A DNA stretch of 56,497 nt from an uncultured Bacteriovorax sp. (GTDB lineage Bacteria > Bdellovibrionota > UBA2428): assembly GCA_964640545.1 (NCBI GenBank), contig CAZXHL010000004.1:1-56497 (forward strand), written 5' to 3'. Each line of letters opens with the position of its first letter. Position 1 is the stretch's first letter. This document shows, in pieces, positions 8,653 through 16,700 of this stretch. The notes below the pieces were generated by a model. That model was not told the origin of the DNA. It ran no database searches and was given only the letters and a program-made list of their open reading frames with translations. The translations under genes were made by a program, and so were the position numbers.

Positions 8653-10566
8653 TTACTCCACAACCAAACCTTTTAAGTCATTCATCCACGGCCCCGGTGG
8701 CACAGCGATCACGCCCGACAGGTAGCCTTCATTTTTATTCATTCCAAATTGATTCAACGGACGCAGTTCAATATTCGTCGCATCCGTAGGATTCCGCGTG
8801 CTATGGGACTCAATGATCATCCCCTTCGATCCCATATAAACGTGGTATCCACCATTAGCGACACCGACAAAGAAAGGAAGCTCCTGTAACTTTCGAAGAG
8901 CAATTTCATTAAACTCTGTTTTCTCAGGATCGGTTGGACGGAAATCCAATGCCATAAAATCCACCGCAATTCCCGTAAAAACCTTTCCATAACTCAAGAC
9001 ACTTTCCATGTAGCGATGACCATCGCGAATCATAGCCCAAGTCCAAATGTGGTGGTCATTACTTATAGAGGGAGAAATCACTCGCTCTGTGGGGTGTCTC
9101 TTGTCAGGATTCCAGTAGATTGTTTTCCAACCATCTTTTTTTAACTCATTGACCAAGTAGGTTCCTTGGCCGCTATTTTCATAAATAACTTTATCAATCT
9201 CGGAGAATCTCTCACCGAGACCCGCCTGATGATACCCGTGTCTTAACTGCCGCTGCACGTAACCAATACAACTCGTCTCGACAGGTTCTTTGACTTCAGC
9301 GCCATATTTTTTATGTCTATCCAGAAAAGTCTGTTTTTCTTCAGGTGGAAGTCCTGCATAGTGAGACTTTGGACCGTACATCACACCAACACCTGTTTTG
9401 GTAATGGCATCAAAATGATCTTCTATGCTGCTGCTGATCGATGACAAAGTCGAATCTACAACTTTTTGCCAAACGCCATCCACCTCAATCACGGGAAGAA
9501 TTCTAGCTTCGCCGATCTCCAGCTCTAGGCCTTCCGCTCGCGTCTCGTAGTATGGTCTTACAGCAAGAACGGATTTTCTGAATCCGTGATCTTCACTTCG
9601 TCTAGCAATAGCCTTTGCGTGAATCAGAAACTCGCCACCAAACGCGCCCCACCTGAAAGTATTGCTTGAAGGCTTAAAGCTCAGCCCATGTTGCTCTGAA
9701 AATGGCTCCGAATAATAGACTTTATAATTTTCGAGAACACGAATAGCCTGATTGCGATCTTTCTCATTGCGATCGGCATCCATGAGAGCCTCTACAGCCG
9801 CTGAGATATCAAAACCTAAAGCGTTTTGCGCAAATGCACTTTTTAAAGCTTCACGATACGAACGACTAGAATGAATTTTTTTGAACAACGCTAAAACTCT
9901 ATCGAGCTTCTTGTCCTCATAAGATAGAAATTTTAACTTTCCGATTTCAGCAGAATATCGGCCACGAAATCCTCGCAATTCGAAGTCTTCTTTGATTTCA
10001 AAATCTACAGTGTAGCGATCGAACTGCCCTTCAACCTTCACACCCCGAAGTAGACCCGATCCACAACCGTTGTCGCCCAAAAATAATCTCTCGGCGATAA
10101 GGCGATCATCTCCCTGAAAAGGAGTTTGCGTTTTGCTTCGAAACACCGCCTGAAGCAGCGGACAAAAATCCTCTGCCATGAAGTAATATTTCTGGAATCG
10201 CTCGGATCGAACCCCAGGAGCCCGGAGTGACTTCAGCATAGCGATTCCCGACAACTGAATCCTTTGAAAAATCGAAGCTGGAGACTCTGGGTCCAAAGCA
10301 ACAATCTGCGTATTTAAAGCATCAAAGCTAATTTCTGGAGCATCCAGCCCGTTAATATTTTGCCAATTTTGAACAAAGGATCTCGCCTCTCCTCCAGAAG
10401 ATGCAGAGGACCCCACATGTTGGCCGTTGCCCTCGGCTCCATGATCATCCTTGTTGGCACAACCCGCAGTAAAAAGAAGGCTGGCAACTGCAAACACCAG
10501 CCCCACAGAACTTAGTCGTCCCTGGAAACACTCAAAATCTTTCTTCTTTTTAAAAACCGTATCCAT
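8653..10566 (-). CDS. Lipoprotein with C-terminal Cys-His (papain/NlpC-P60-like) hydrolase-type domain, paralog of 12011..12982
   Basis: 637 aa. Lipobox LLFTAGC|ANKDD. The last ~200 aa share these blocks with the 323-aa ORF: SC[IV]G, GW..(I/M)YWNPD, GVA.GGYHV..G..G(M/V)(I/V)IE(S/A)HSTR and SG(V/I)(I/L)AVPPG. The Cys...HV..G..G..IE.H layout resembles NlpC/P60 (DCSG...HVGIY.G.G..IHA). Confidence 0.5.
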   Translation of the reverse strand: MDTVFKKKKDFECFQGRLSSVGLVFAVASLLFTAGCANKDDHGAEGNGQHVGSSASSGGEARSFVQNWQNINGLDAPEISFDALNTQIVALDPESPASIFQRIQLSGIAMLKSLRAPGVRSERFQKYYFMAEDFCPLLQAVFRSKTQTPFQGDDRLIAERLFLGDNGCGSGLLRGVKVEGQFDRYTVDFEIKEDFELRGFRGRYSAEIGKLKFLSYEDKKLDRVLALFKKIHSSRSYREALKSAFAQNALGFDISAAVEALMDADRNEKDRNQAIRVLENYKVYYSEPFSEQHGLSFKPSSNTFRWGAFGGEFLIHAKAIARRSEDHGFRKSVLAVRPYYETRAEGLELEIGEARILPVIEVDGVWQKVVDSTLSSISSSIEDHFDAITKTGVGVMYGPKSHYAGLPPEEKQTFLDRHKKYGAEVKEPVETSCIGYVQRQLRHGYHQAGLGERFSEIDKVIYENSGQGTYLVNELKKDGWKTIYWNPDKRHPTERVISPSISNDHHIWTWAMIRDGHRYMESVLSYGKVFTGIAVDFMALDFRPTDPEKTEFNEIALRKLQELPFFVGVANGGYHVYMGSKGMIIESHSTRNPTDATNIELRPLNQFGMNKNEGYLSGVIAVPPGPWMNDLKGLVVE

Positions 10567-10712
10567 TTTTGTTACACTTTCTGACTCAGCGCAGCACTAC
10601 TCCTAGCGCCGTTATGCGCGCCGTGTCAACCCGGGATCTTAAAAACCCTAACATCGTCAAAAAGGTCCTGAAATCACTAAGTTTTCCGCCCTTCGATGCC
10701 GAAGCAATATTT
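10567..10712. promoter_or_regulatory. Divergent intergenic region that should carry the promoters of both muralytic-like modules
   Basis: 146-nt gap between the start codons at 10566 (-) and 10713 (+). Position only; I could not pin down convincing -35/-10 boxes by eye. Confidence 0.35.
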
Positions 10713-11912
10713 ATGAACAAACAAAAGCTGATCAAGAAAACCAGCCTCATTTTCGCTGTCTTGTGCTTTGTGACTTCCCTGCCAGTCCACGCATTTGGTT
10801 CCCGAAAACCCAAGAACCCAGCACCTGCTCCTGCTCCGCCCGCTCCGACTCCGTCCCCAACTCCAACACCAACTCCAACTCCTGAAGATCCAGGCAATGG
10901 TTCTGAACATGACTGGGATGCTTATTTTGAGACCGGACGAGATGTGGATAGCTACCGCTCCAGCTCTCAACTCACCAAAGGCCGCGAACCTGCTTCTCAC
11001 ATCACCGGAAGCTGTACTGCTTCGAACGGTAAGGAAACTTTTGCTGAACAGATTGGTTGGGCCGTTAATGAAGGCTTTTCCGCGAAGCACCAACACCTAG
11101 ATTATTTATCGACAAGCTCTTGGGATCCCTACGACATTTACAACCCAGGAAAAAATGTAGACGTATCACTTCAAAGTCATAGTCTTTGCCCTGTTGATCG
11201 AAGCAGCTTGGAACGCACGCTTTCCACATCATCGAGATCGGCTTTGATGCCTTCACAGGGAACCATCGACGACATCAACACTTTTGTAAATCGCCACAAC
11301 TCCCTACGAACGCGCTCACTGCAAGGAGATAAAAATGCCCGCAAAGATCTTCAGGCTCTGTGGGGTAAATTCATGGGTTGCCTCTCCTATATCGAATCAC
11401 TAGGAGATCCTGACACCTCTCGATCGGAGTCTGTTGCCAGACAATACGCTCCTTCCGGCTACGACAGACCTCAAGGCGTAAATTTCTACATTGACCCCAA
11501 TCAATCTGAAGCATCGAAACTCAATATTGGTTTGTTTCAGTTTGCACCGGGAGCCACGGGCAATATTCAAAGCTGCATTCGACGTTGGAACGAAGCCAAT
11601 CCTAGCTGCGAGATTCCAAGACGCGCCAGCAATAGCGAGATGATTCGAATCATTGGTAGCGCCAGACAAAGCTTCAACGCATTCTGCGGAGTAAGCAAAG
11701 TCCTAGATACACTTTACGTCCAAGCCAACACGGACAACAGCTACCGAACTGACTTGCGAAACCAAAACTCGAACGGAACCCTTAAAGCCCCGAGCGACCG
11801 ATGTGTTTCTCTGCACTTTAGAACGGGCCGCTCGTACAACCATTTTGGCCCCTTCCACAACAGCACCGGAAGGAACCTTCAAAAGCTTATGAGCTGCACA
11901 ATGGCCAACTAA
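10713..11912 (+). CDS. Exported lytic-transglycosylase-like protein with Pro/Thr/Ala linker, paralog of 7433..8650
   Basis: The track ORF starts at 10569. I choose the ATG at 10713 because it yields a Sec signal peptide (MNKQKLIKKTSLIFAVLCFVTSLPVHA|FG). Motifs are FMGCLSYIESLG, IGLFQFAP, CIRRWNE, QSFNAFCGVSK, APSDRCVS and YNHFGPFHNS. Confidence 0.55.
   Translation: MNKQKLIKKTSLIFAVLCFVTSLPVHAFGSRKPKNPAPAPAPPAPTPSPTPTPTPTPEDPGNGSEHDWDAYFETGRDVDSYRSSSQLTKGREPASHITGSCTASNGKETFAEQIGWAVNEGFSAKHQHLDYLSTSSWDPYDIYNPGKNVDVSLQSHSLCPVDRSSLERTLSTSSRSALMPSQGTIDDINTFVNRHNSLRTRSLQGDKNARKDLQALWGKFMGCLSYIESLGDPDTSRSESVARQYAPSGYDRPQGVNFYIDPNQSEASKLNIGLFQFAPGATGNIQSCIRRWNEANPSCEIPRRASNSEMIRIIGSARQSFNAFCGVSKVLDTLYVQANTDNSYRTDLRNQNSNGTLKAPSDRCVSLHFRTGRSYNHFGPFHNSTGRNLQKLMSCTMAN
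10818..10883 (+). repeat. Low-complexity CCN/ACN/GCN codon run encoding the linker PAPAPAPPAPTPSPTPTPTPTP
   Basis: Read directly: cca gca cct gct cct gct ccg ccc gct ccg act ccg tcc cca act cca aca cca act cca act cct, in frame with the CDS that starts at 10713. Confidence 0.9.
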
Positions 11913-11959
11913 CTCAGAATTGCGCTGAGCGTCAACTCCGTATATTCGTTGAGAAGAGC

Positions 11960-11990
11960 CCAAAAGTGTCTAAATTCTAGACACTTTTGG
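11960..11990. promoter_or_regulatory. Perfect 13-bp inverted repeat (stem-loop or operator) between the SLT-like and Cys-His genes
   Basis: CCAAAAGTGTCTA (11960..11972), loop AATTC, then TAGACACTTTTGG (11978..11990). No T-run follows. A TTGACG hexamer follows immediately at 11992..11997. Confidence 0.5.
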
Positions 11991-12010
11991 ATTGACGCTC
12001 TTCCCCATAA

Positions 12011-12982
12011 ATGACTATGTCTCGCGTCATGACTCAGCATATTACAAATTTGAAACACCACCCCATTACAAAACTTATGTGTTTAGCCGTCCTTGCCTTG
12101 TTTGTTGCTCTTCAACCGACAAATGCAAAAGCTGAATCCTTCCGAGGTAGCTTTTCAGCTTCTTCAGCCGAAATCAGCAAGCACAGAAACGAAATGCGGA
12201 ACTTCAGCTCCATCGTTCAAAGCTGCCTAGACTATGACTACCAACACCACGTCAGCTTCTACCGAAAATACGGATTTTCCCCATTTTACGGAAGCAACTC
12301 TAGCTTCAAACGTTTGAGCTATAGCGGCAAACGAAACTACCTTAGCCGCATCGGCAAGAACCCAAACCTCGTTGACCAAATGCAGATCACCAGCTGTGTT
12401 GGACTTGCCACAAAGTGCTACGAGAGAGCCTTCAACCAAACAGGTCAAGGCGCTACATGGAGCCGCCTCAAGCGTTACATTGCAGCCAACAACTATGATG
12501 GCTCTTCAATGATCGACGGACTCAGACAACTGGGTTGGTACGTCATGTACTGGAATCCAGACACGGCTCAAAATGCAGAGTGGGATCGCGACGAAAAAAG
12601 AAAAAATCCATCCAACAACGGAACATGGGGCTACCACGCTTGGAGATACATGACTTCCACGAAGCATAAAAAATATTACAAAAACCCAATCGACGACGCA
12701 GAAACACTCGTTAACTTCGGAACACATCCCCCTAGATTTTTAAGAAATGCTTCTCTCATGCTAGGTGTTGCGCACGCAGGCTACCACGTATTCCCAGGAT
12801 ACGAAGGTGTTGTCATCGAGGCTCACAGCACTCGAGACATTCGAGACCCGAACACTGTGGAATCAGCTGAATTTAATCCGATCCAGAATGGTGGAGCGCC
12901 CCGAGGACAATACCGCTCGGGAATCTTGGCCGTTCCCCCTGGAAGCGAGCCAAACCGCAGCTTTTCTCCTTGGGGTTGGTAA
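12011..12982 (+). CDS. Exported Cys-His (papain/NlpC-P60-like) hydrolase-type protein, paralog of the C-terminus of 8653..10566
   Basis: 323 aa. Signal peptide (LMCLAVLALFVALQPTNAKA|ES). The start is ambiguous among several in-frame ATGs (12011, 12017, 12029, 12077). Shared blocks are ITSCVG, LGWYVMYWNPD, GVAHAGYHVFPGYEGVVIEAHSTRD and SGILAVPPG. Confidence 0.5.
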   Translation: MTMSRVMTQHITNLKHHPITKLMCLAVLALFVALQPTNAKAESFRGSFSASSAEISKHRNEMRNFSSIVQSCLDYDYQHHVSFYRKYGFSPFYGSNSSFKRLSYSGKRNYLSRIGKNPNLVDQMQITSCVGLATKCYERAFNQTGQGATWSRLKRYIAANNYDGSSMIDGLRQLGWYVMYWNPDTAQNAEWDRDEKRKNPSNNGTWGYHAWRYMTSTKHKKYYKNPIDDAETLVNFGTHPPRFLRNASLMLGVAHAGYHVFPGYEGVVIEAHSTRDIRDPNTVESAEFNPIQNGGAPRGQYRSGILAVPPGSEPNRSFSPWGW

Positions 12983-13031
12983 TTTTCTTAGCTAATTATT
13001 TTTGCTTACAATACTTTATTCCATAAGAACG

Positions 13032-13061
13032 GGAGCTACCTATCATAGATAGAGTAGCTCC
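13032..13061. terminator. Hairpin at the convergence point of 12011..12982 (+) and 13036..13731 (-)
   Basis: GGAGCTAC CTATC ATA GATAG A GTAGCTCC, an imperfect extended stem. It overlaps the stop codon and last codons of the minus-strand dipeptidase gene. No clear U-tract. Confidence 0.4.
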
Positions 13062-13731
13062 TTCTTACTAGAGTCCCTGACTTGGCCTCAAAGTGCCACC
13101 ATTCATTAGGAATGACTTTAAAATCACCGGCCCCCATAATCTCTCTCAGCAATTGTCGATTCTCAACCTGCTTGCGAGTCAATTTGCCCTCGGACAAGAA
13201 CTGATCCTCATGACGTGGTTGAGATAATTTTAAGAAAGAATCAAAACCCGTTCCCATATCAACTTCATTTCCTGATTCATCTTCGAGCGACAAATCTAAT
13301 GCAAATCCATAACTATGGATCGAACCATACTTCGGATTCATCACGTAGGATTCCTCAGGTGTCCCTACGACCTTCTCCCAAAGCTTCTTCTGCATGGAAT
13401 GAGGACGTAAAGCATCAAACACCAACAACTTCCACCCTGGCTTTCTGCGTTTCAGGTAGGTAATGACTTTGTCAAATTGTGCCTTGGTATCGACATGAAG
13501 AAAAGGCGTTCGAAAATCCTGATAGATATTCTCATCAAGAAAGTTGTTACTCGTTGCGTATCGCATATCCACTTTCACTTCGGGATACTGCGACAAATCA
13601 AAGAAGTCCTTTGGGGTGGAGGAGGAAGTTGTTTTCGGGGGCGTTCCCGACCCCGAAGAAAAAGCGCCTTGGCTGCTCAGAACTAACGCGAACACTGCAA
13701 ATCTGTGAAACATGAAACGGACTCCCATCAT
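13036..13731 (-). CDS. ddpX: D-alanyl-D-alanine dipeptidase (M15D, DdpX/VanX family) with N-terminal signal peptide
   Basis: 231 aa. VDMRYATSNNF, LLVFDALRPHSMQKKLW, GSIHSYGFALDLSLEDESGNEVDMGTGFD and NEWWHFE are colinear with E. coli DdpX blocks (ELKYA..DN, VIYDAYRPQ, SNHSRGTAIDLTL...DMG.GFD, EWWHFE). The N-terminus FAVFALVLSSQGAFS|SG looks like a Sec signal. The start overlaps the upstream stop (ATGA at 13731..13728). Confidence 0.85.
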   Translation of the reverse strand: MMGVRFMFHRFAVFALVLSSQGAFSSGSGTPPKTTSSSTPKDFFDLSQYPEVKVDMRYATSNNFLDENIYQDFRTPFLHVDTKAQFDKVITYLKRRKPGWKLLVFDALRPHSMQKKLWEKVVGTPEESYVMNPKYGSIHSYGFALDLSLEDESGNEVDMGTGFDSFLKLSQPRHEDQFLSEGKLTRKQVENRQLLREIMGAGDFKVIPNEWWHFEAKSGTLVRRSYSIYDR

Positions 13732-16700
13732 CCCCTACGACGACCTTTTTTAGGTTTTGGAGGGTTTTGAATTTTCTCTTTTGTTTTCGTAGCCTCGGCC
13801 GCAGCATCTCCGAGCAACTCTCCGATGGCCTCTTCATGCTCTTCCATCTGCTTTGGAGTTAGTGCGGCGCCATCGTCAAGCATAGGGCCAAGCACCTCGT
13901 CTTTCAAATAATCGCGAGCCTTTTGAGCCGAGGGAGTTTGAGCAACCCAGGGATAATACGAAACCATTTCTGGCGAGATTTTACTCCCCACGATTCCTAG
14001 CCAAAACCCAGCCTTCTTTCCACCTTTGTACCAAGGGTTATCTGGCACAGTTTGACCTTGAACAATCTCTCCCACCTGCTTCTCATAAGAAGGTGCCGCG
14101 ACGGCATACAGGATTCGATCAACAAATCCTTCATGGCTCGTATCGGACATTAGCAATTTTGTAAGCTCGCTTGAGAGCTCCTTGTCTGTCTTCGCATCAT
14201 ACTCTGGATCAGCCAGCATATTAGCTTTTAACTTACTAACTATGGCGACGCCGTCTTTCGTTGCCAGCAACTTATCTAGATACTGAGGAGACACAATCTC
14301 TCTAATAGAGTTTTTCTTGAAAGATCCAAATTTGTCATCTGCAGACTGAGGGATGAGAGCATCGAGTTGCCCAGAAACAGCGTTAGCTAGCTCAGACTTA
14401 ATGATACGCTCGCCAAGCTTAGATTGCAGCACAACCCCTGACGGACTAAGGGGAAATCCGTTACGAGCGTTTTCATTCAAGGAATTTTGTACAGCTTCCA
14501 AGTCAGCAACACAGTTTTCCTTTTCTCGAAGATATCTTTTACAAGCTGCCGTTCCCTGGATCACGAAGCTATCTAGCTCTGTCGGGTCTTTGATCTCTGG
14601 AAGAACGGTTCTAAAGTCCGCTGAATGAGTCCACCTCTTAATAACTTCAGCTCCCGCCACAGGAGCGGCTGTATAAGCACAATTCTTGAGATGAGCCATA
14701 TAAAGTGCCCGCTCTTCCTCCGTTCCAGATACGATGCTACCCTTACTCTGAGACACACACTCTTCGTAGGTTCTTCGTGCAAGTGCTTCCACTTCGGACA
14801 CATCAGTTTCGTGCTCTTTAGGATCTACTGATTTAAGAAATTTTTCGGCATTATCTCGCGCCATCAAGGCAGCAACATTTCCAACCGAATTGCTCACATA
14901 AACATCAACGCAAGCATTCAAACTCTTTTCGAGTAGCTCAGTGCTTTGATTGGAAGAAATTCCACCATTTCCATTTTCTCCAAAAACGCACTTGAGAAAA
15001 TCTTTTCGAAATGGACCCGCAACATCGGCTGCCTTCATCCCCGGAGGCAGACTTTTGGCGAGCTCATGATACAAGACTCGCTCCGCCACCTTTGGAGTAA
15101 TTTCAAGCAAGGTGTGATTTGTGAGAGCTTCCATACAATTTGGTTCTAGTTGGGGTATATGGGTTTGAATGTCCTTAGTGGACTTAACATCTTTGAAAGT
15201 TTTCTCAACACATTGATCTGCGATTCTATCAATTTGTTCCTTCATGTCTGGAAACAATTCCTCTGGAGATTCCTTGATGAAGTCATACTGATTGTGAACC
15301 TTCTCACGTATCTGACTAGGTAGCTCATAGCGCGCCTTTAACTTAACAAATTCAGTAATAGATAGTTTTGTGCATTCGACTAAATCTGCGTCATCGAGCC
15401 GAGTTTCAAAGTCATTTCCAACCGCCTTATAATGCGCCTTCACACAAAGGTCATGGTCCCTAATAATTTTTTGAACGTTTGCGTGAGCTTCCCTTGGAAG
15501 TGACTTTGCCATCTCCCTGAATTGAGAACCAAGCTGATGCTCGAGGACAATTGCGGTAGTGGAAGTCAGGATTTCATCTTCACACTTCGTAGGGTCCAAA
15601 ATCTCACCTGGTTTAAGCGATTTCTTCAAGCGCTCCACACAAGGGCTGTAAATCTCGTTAATAACTTTTTCCTGCAACGCTGTTTGCTGCAGATGATATT
15701 GTCGTTCGTATTCATCAACGGGAATGGCTCTAGGCGGCGTTCCATCATCTTTCGCAAAGCGATTATGCCCCATGGAGGCTAGAACCAATCCATCTAAGTG
15801 TTCTTTGATTTCAGGAGTGTCAACCAATCGCTTGCCAACAACTTCACTTCCAGCTTTTGTGGTGACCTCATTGAGACATTTAAAAATTTCTTCTTTTATT
15901 CCAGTGGAGCCCCGACCACCTTTTTTAAAGTACGGCACGAGAAGATCGTGGCTAGCCGCATTGGGTGACAATTGTCTGTCCCCAAATGCAACAGAGAAGG
16001 AACATGCTTTTTGATTGAGGTCAAAAATACGACTCTGAGCGTGAAGTGCCTCTTTTTCGGTAAACCCACTTTCAAGAAGGACTTCTTTGGACTTCTGTTT
16101 TGCCAGAGCCCTCGTGACCTCCAGCATAGCGGCAGCAACACAGACCTGAGTCTCAATTGTCTTGTCACTTTTGAGTTTCATAAGCACTCTATCAACGGCG
16201 CATTGTTCGTAATATTCACGTCCATGCTTTACGAATTTAGCCATATCTAGATCGCTTAGATTTTGATCTTTTAAAGTTTGAGCAATCAACATTTGCGATG
16301 CCAGCACTCCAATTTTATAAGCCGCTGTTACATCCGCCACACCTAGACAATCTTCTAATTGACTTTCCGTCGTTTTCACCGCTAGACATTGCTCAAATTC
16401 TTCCAAAACAATAGAGCTCAACCAATTCAAATCAGCTTCCGTACAACCAAGCTTTAAATCAGCAAAGGTATTGGCAACCATGGCGCGTGCAAAATTTTTG
16501 TAAGCGACCTTTCCAACCGCCAAGTTCCCAGGAAACACTTTGTAGTCTTTGAAGTACTGTCCAACCTCCATAGAAACGGTCTTAAGCTGTTGCCTAGATA
16601 GAATTGCAGACATTTCTTTAGAATTTGAAGCTTCCGAAAATACAGCGTCTGAAACAAGAGAGGCTCTTTTTTCGCTAGACAGAAAAGTCCACCCCACCAC

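Noticed and set aside
10569-10712. Upstream 48-codon extension of the SLT-like ORF, which would abut the divergent gene with no promoter space
   Set aside because: The ATG at 10713 yields a canonical signal peptide, whereas the extension would bury it. It also leaves a sensible divergent promoter region.
10586-11096. Minus-strand ORFs (10586..10897, 10677..11096) with Gly/Val/Ala repeats
   Set aside because: They are mirror images of the Pro/Thr/Ala linker codons on the coding strand, so they are a low-complexity artefact.
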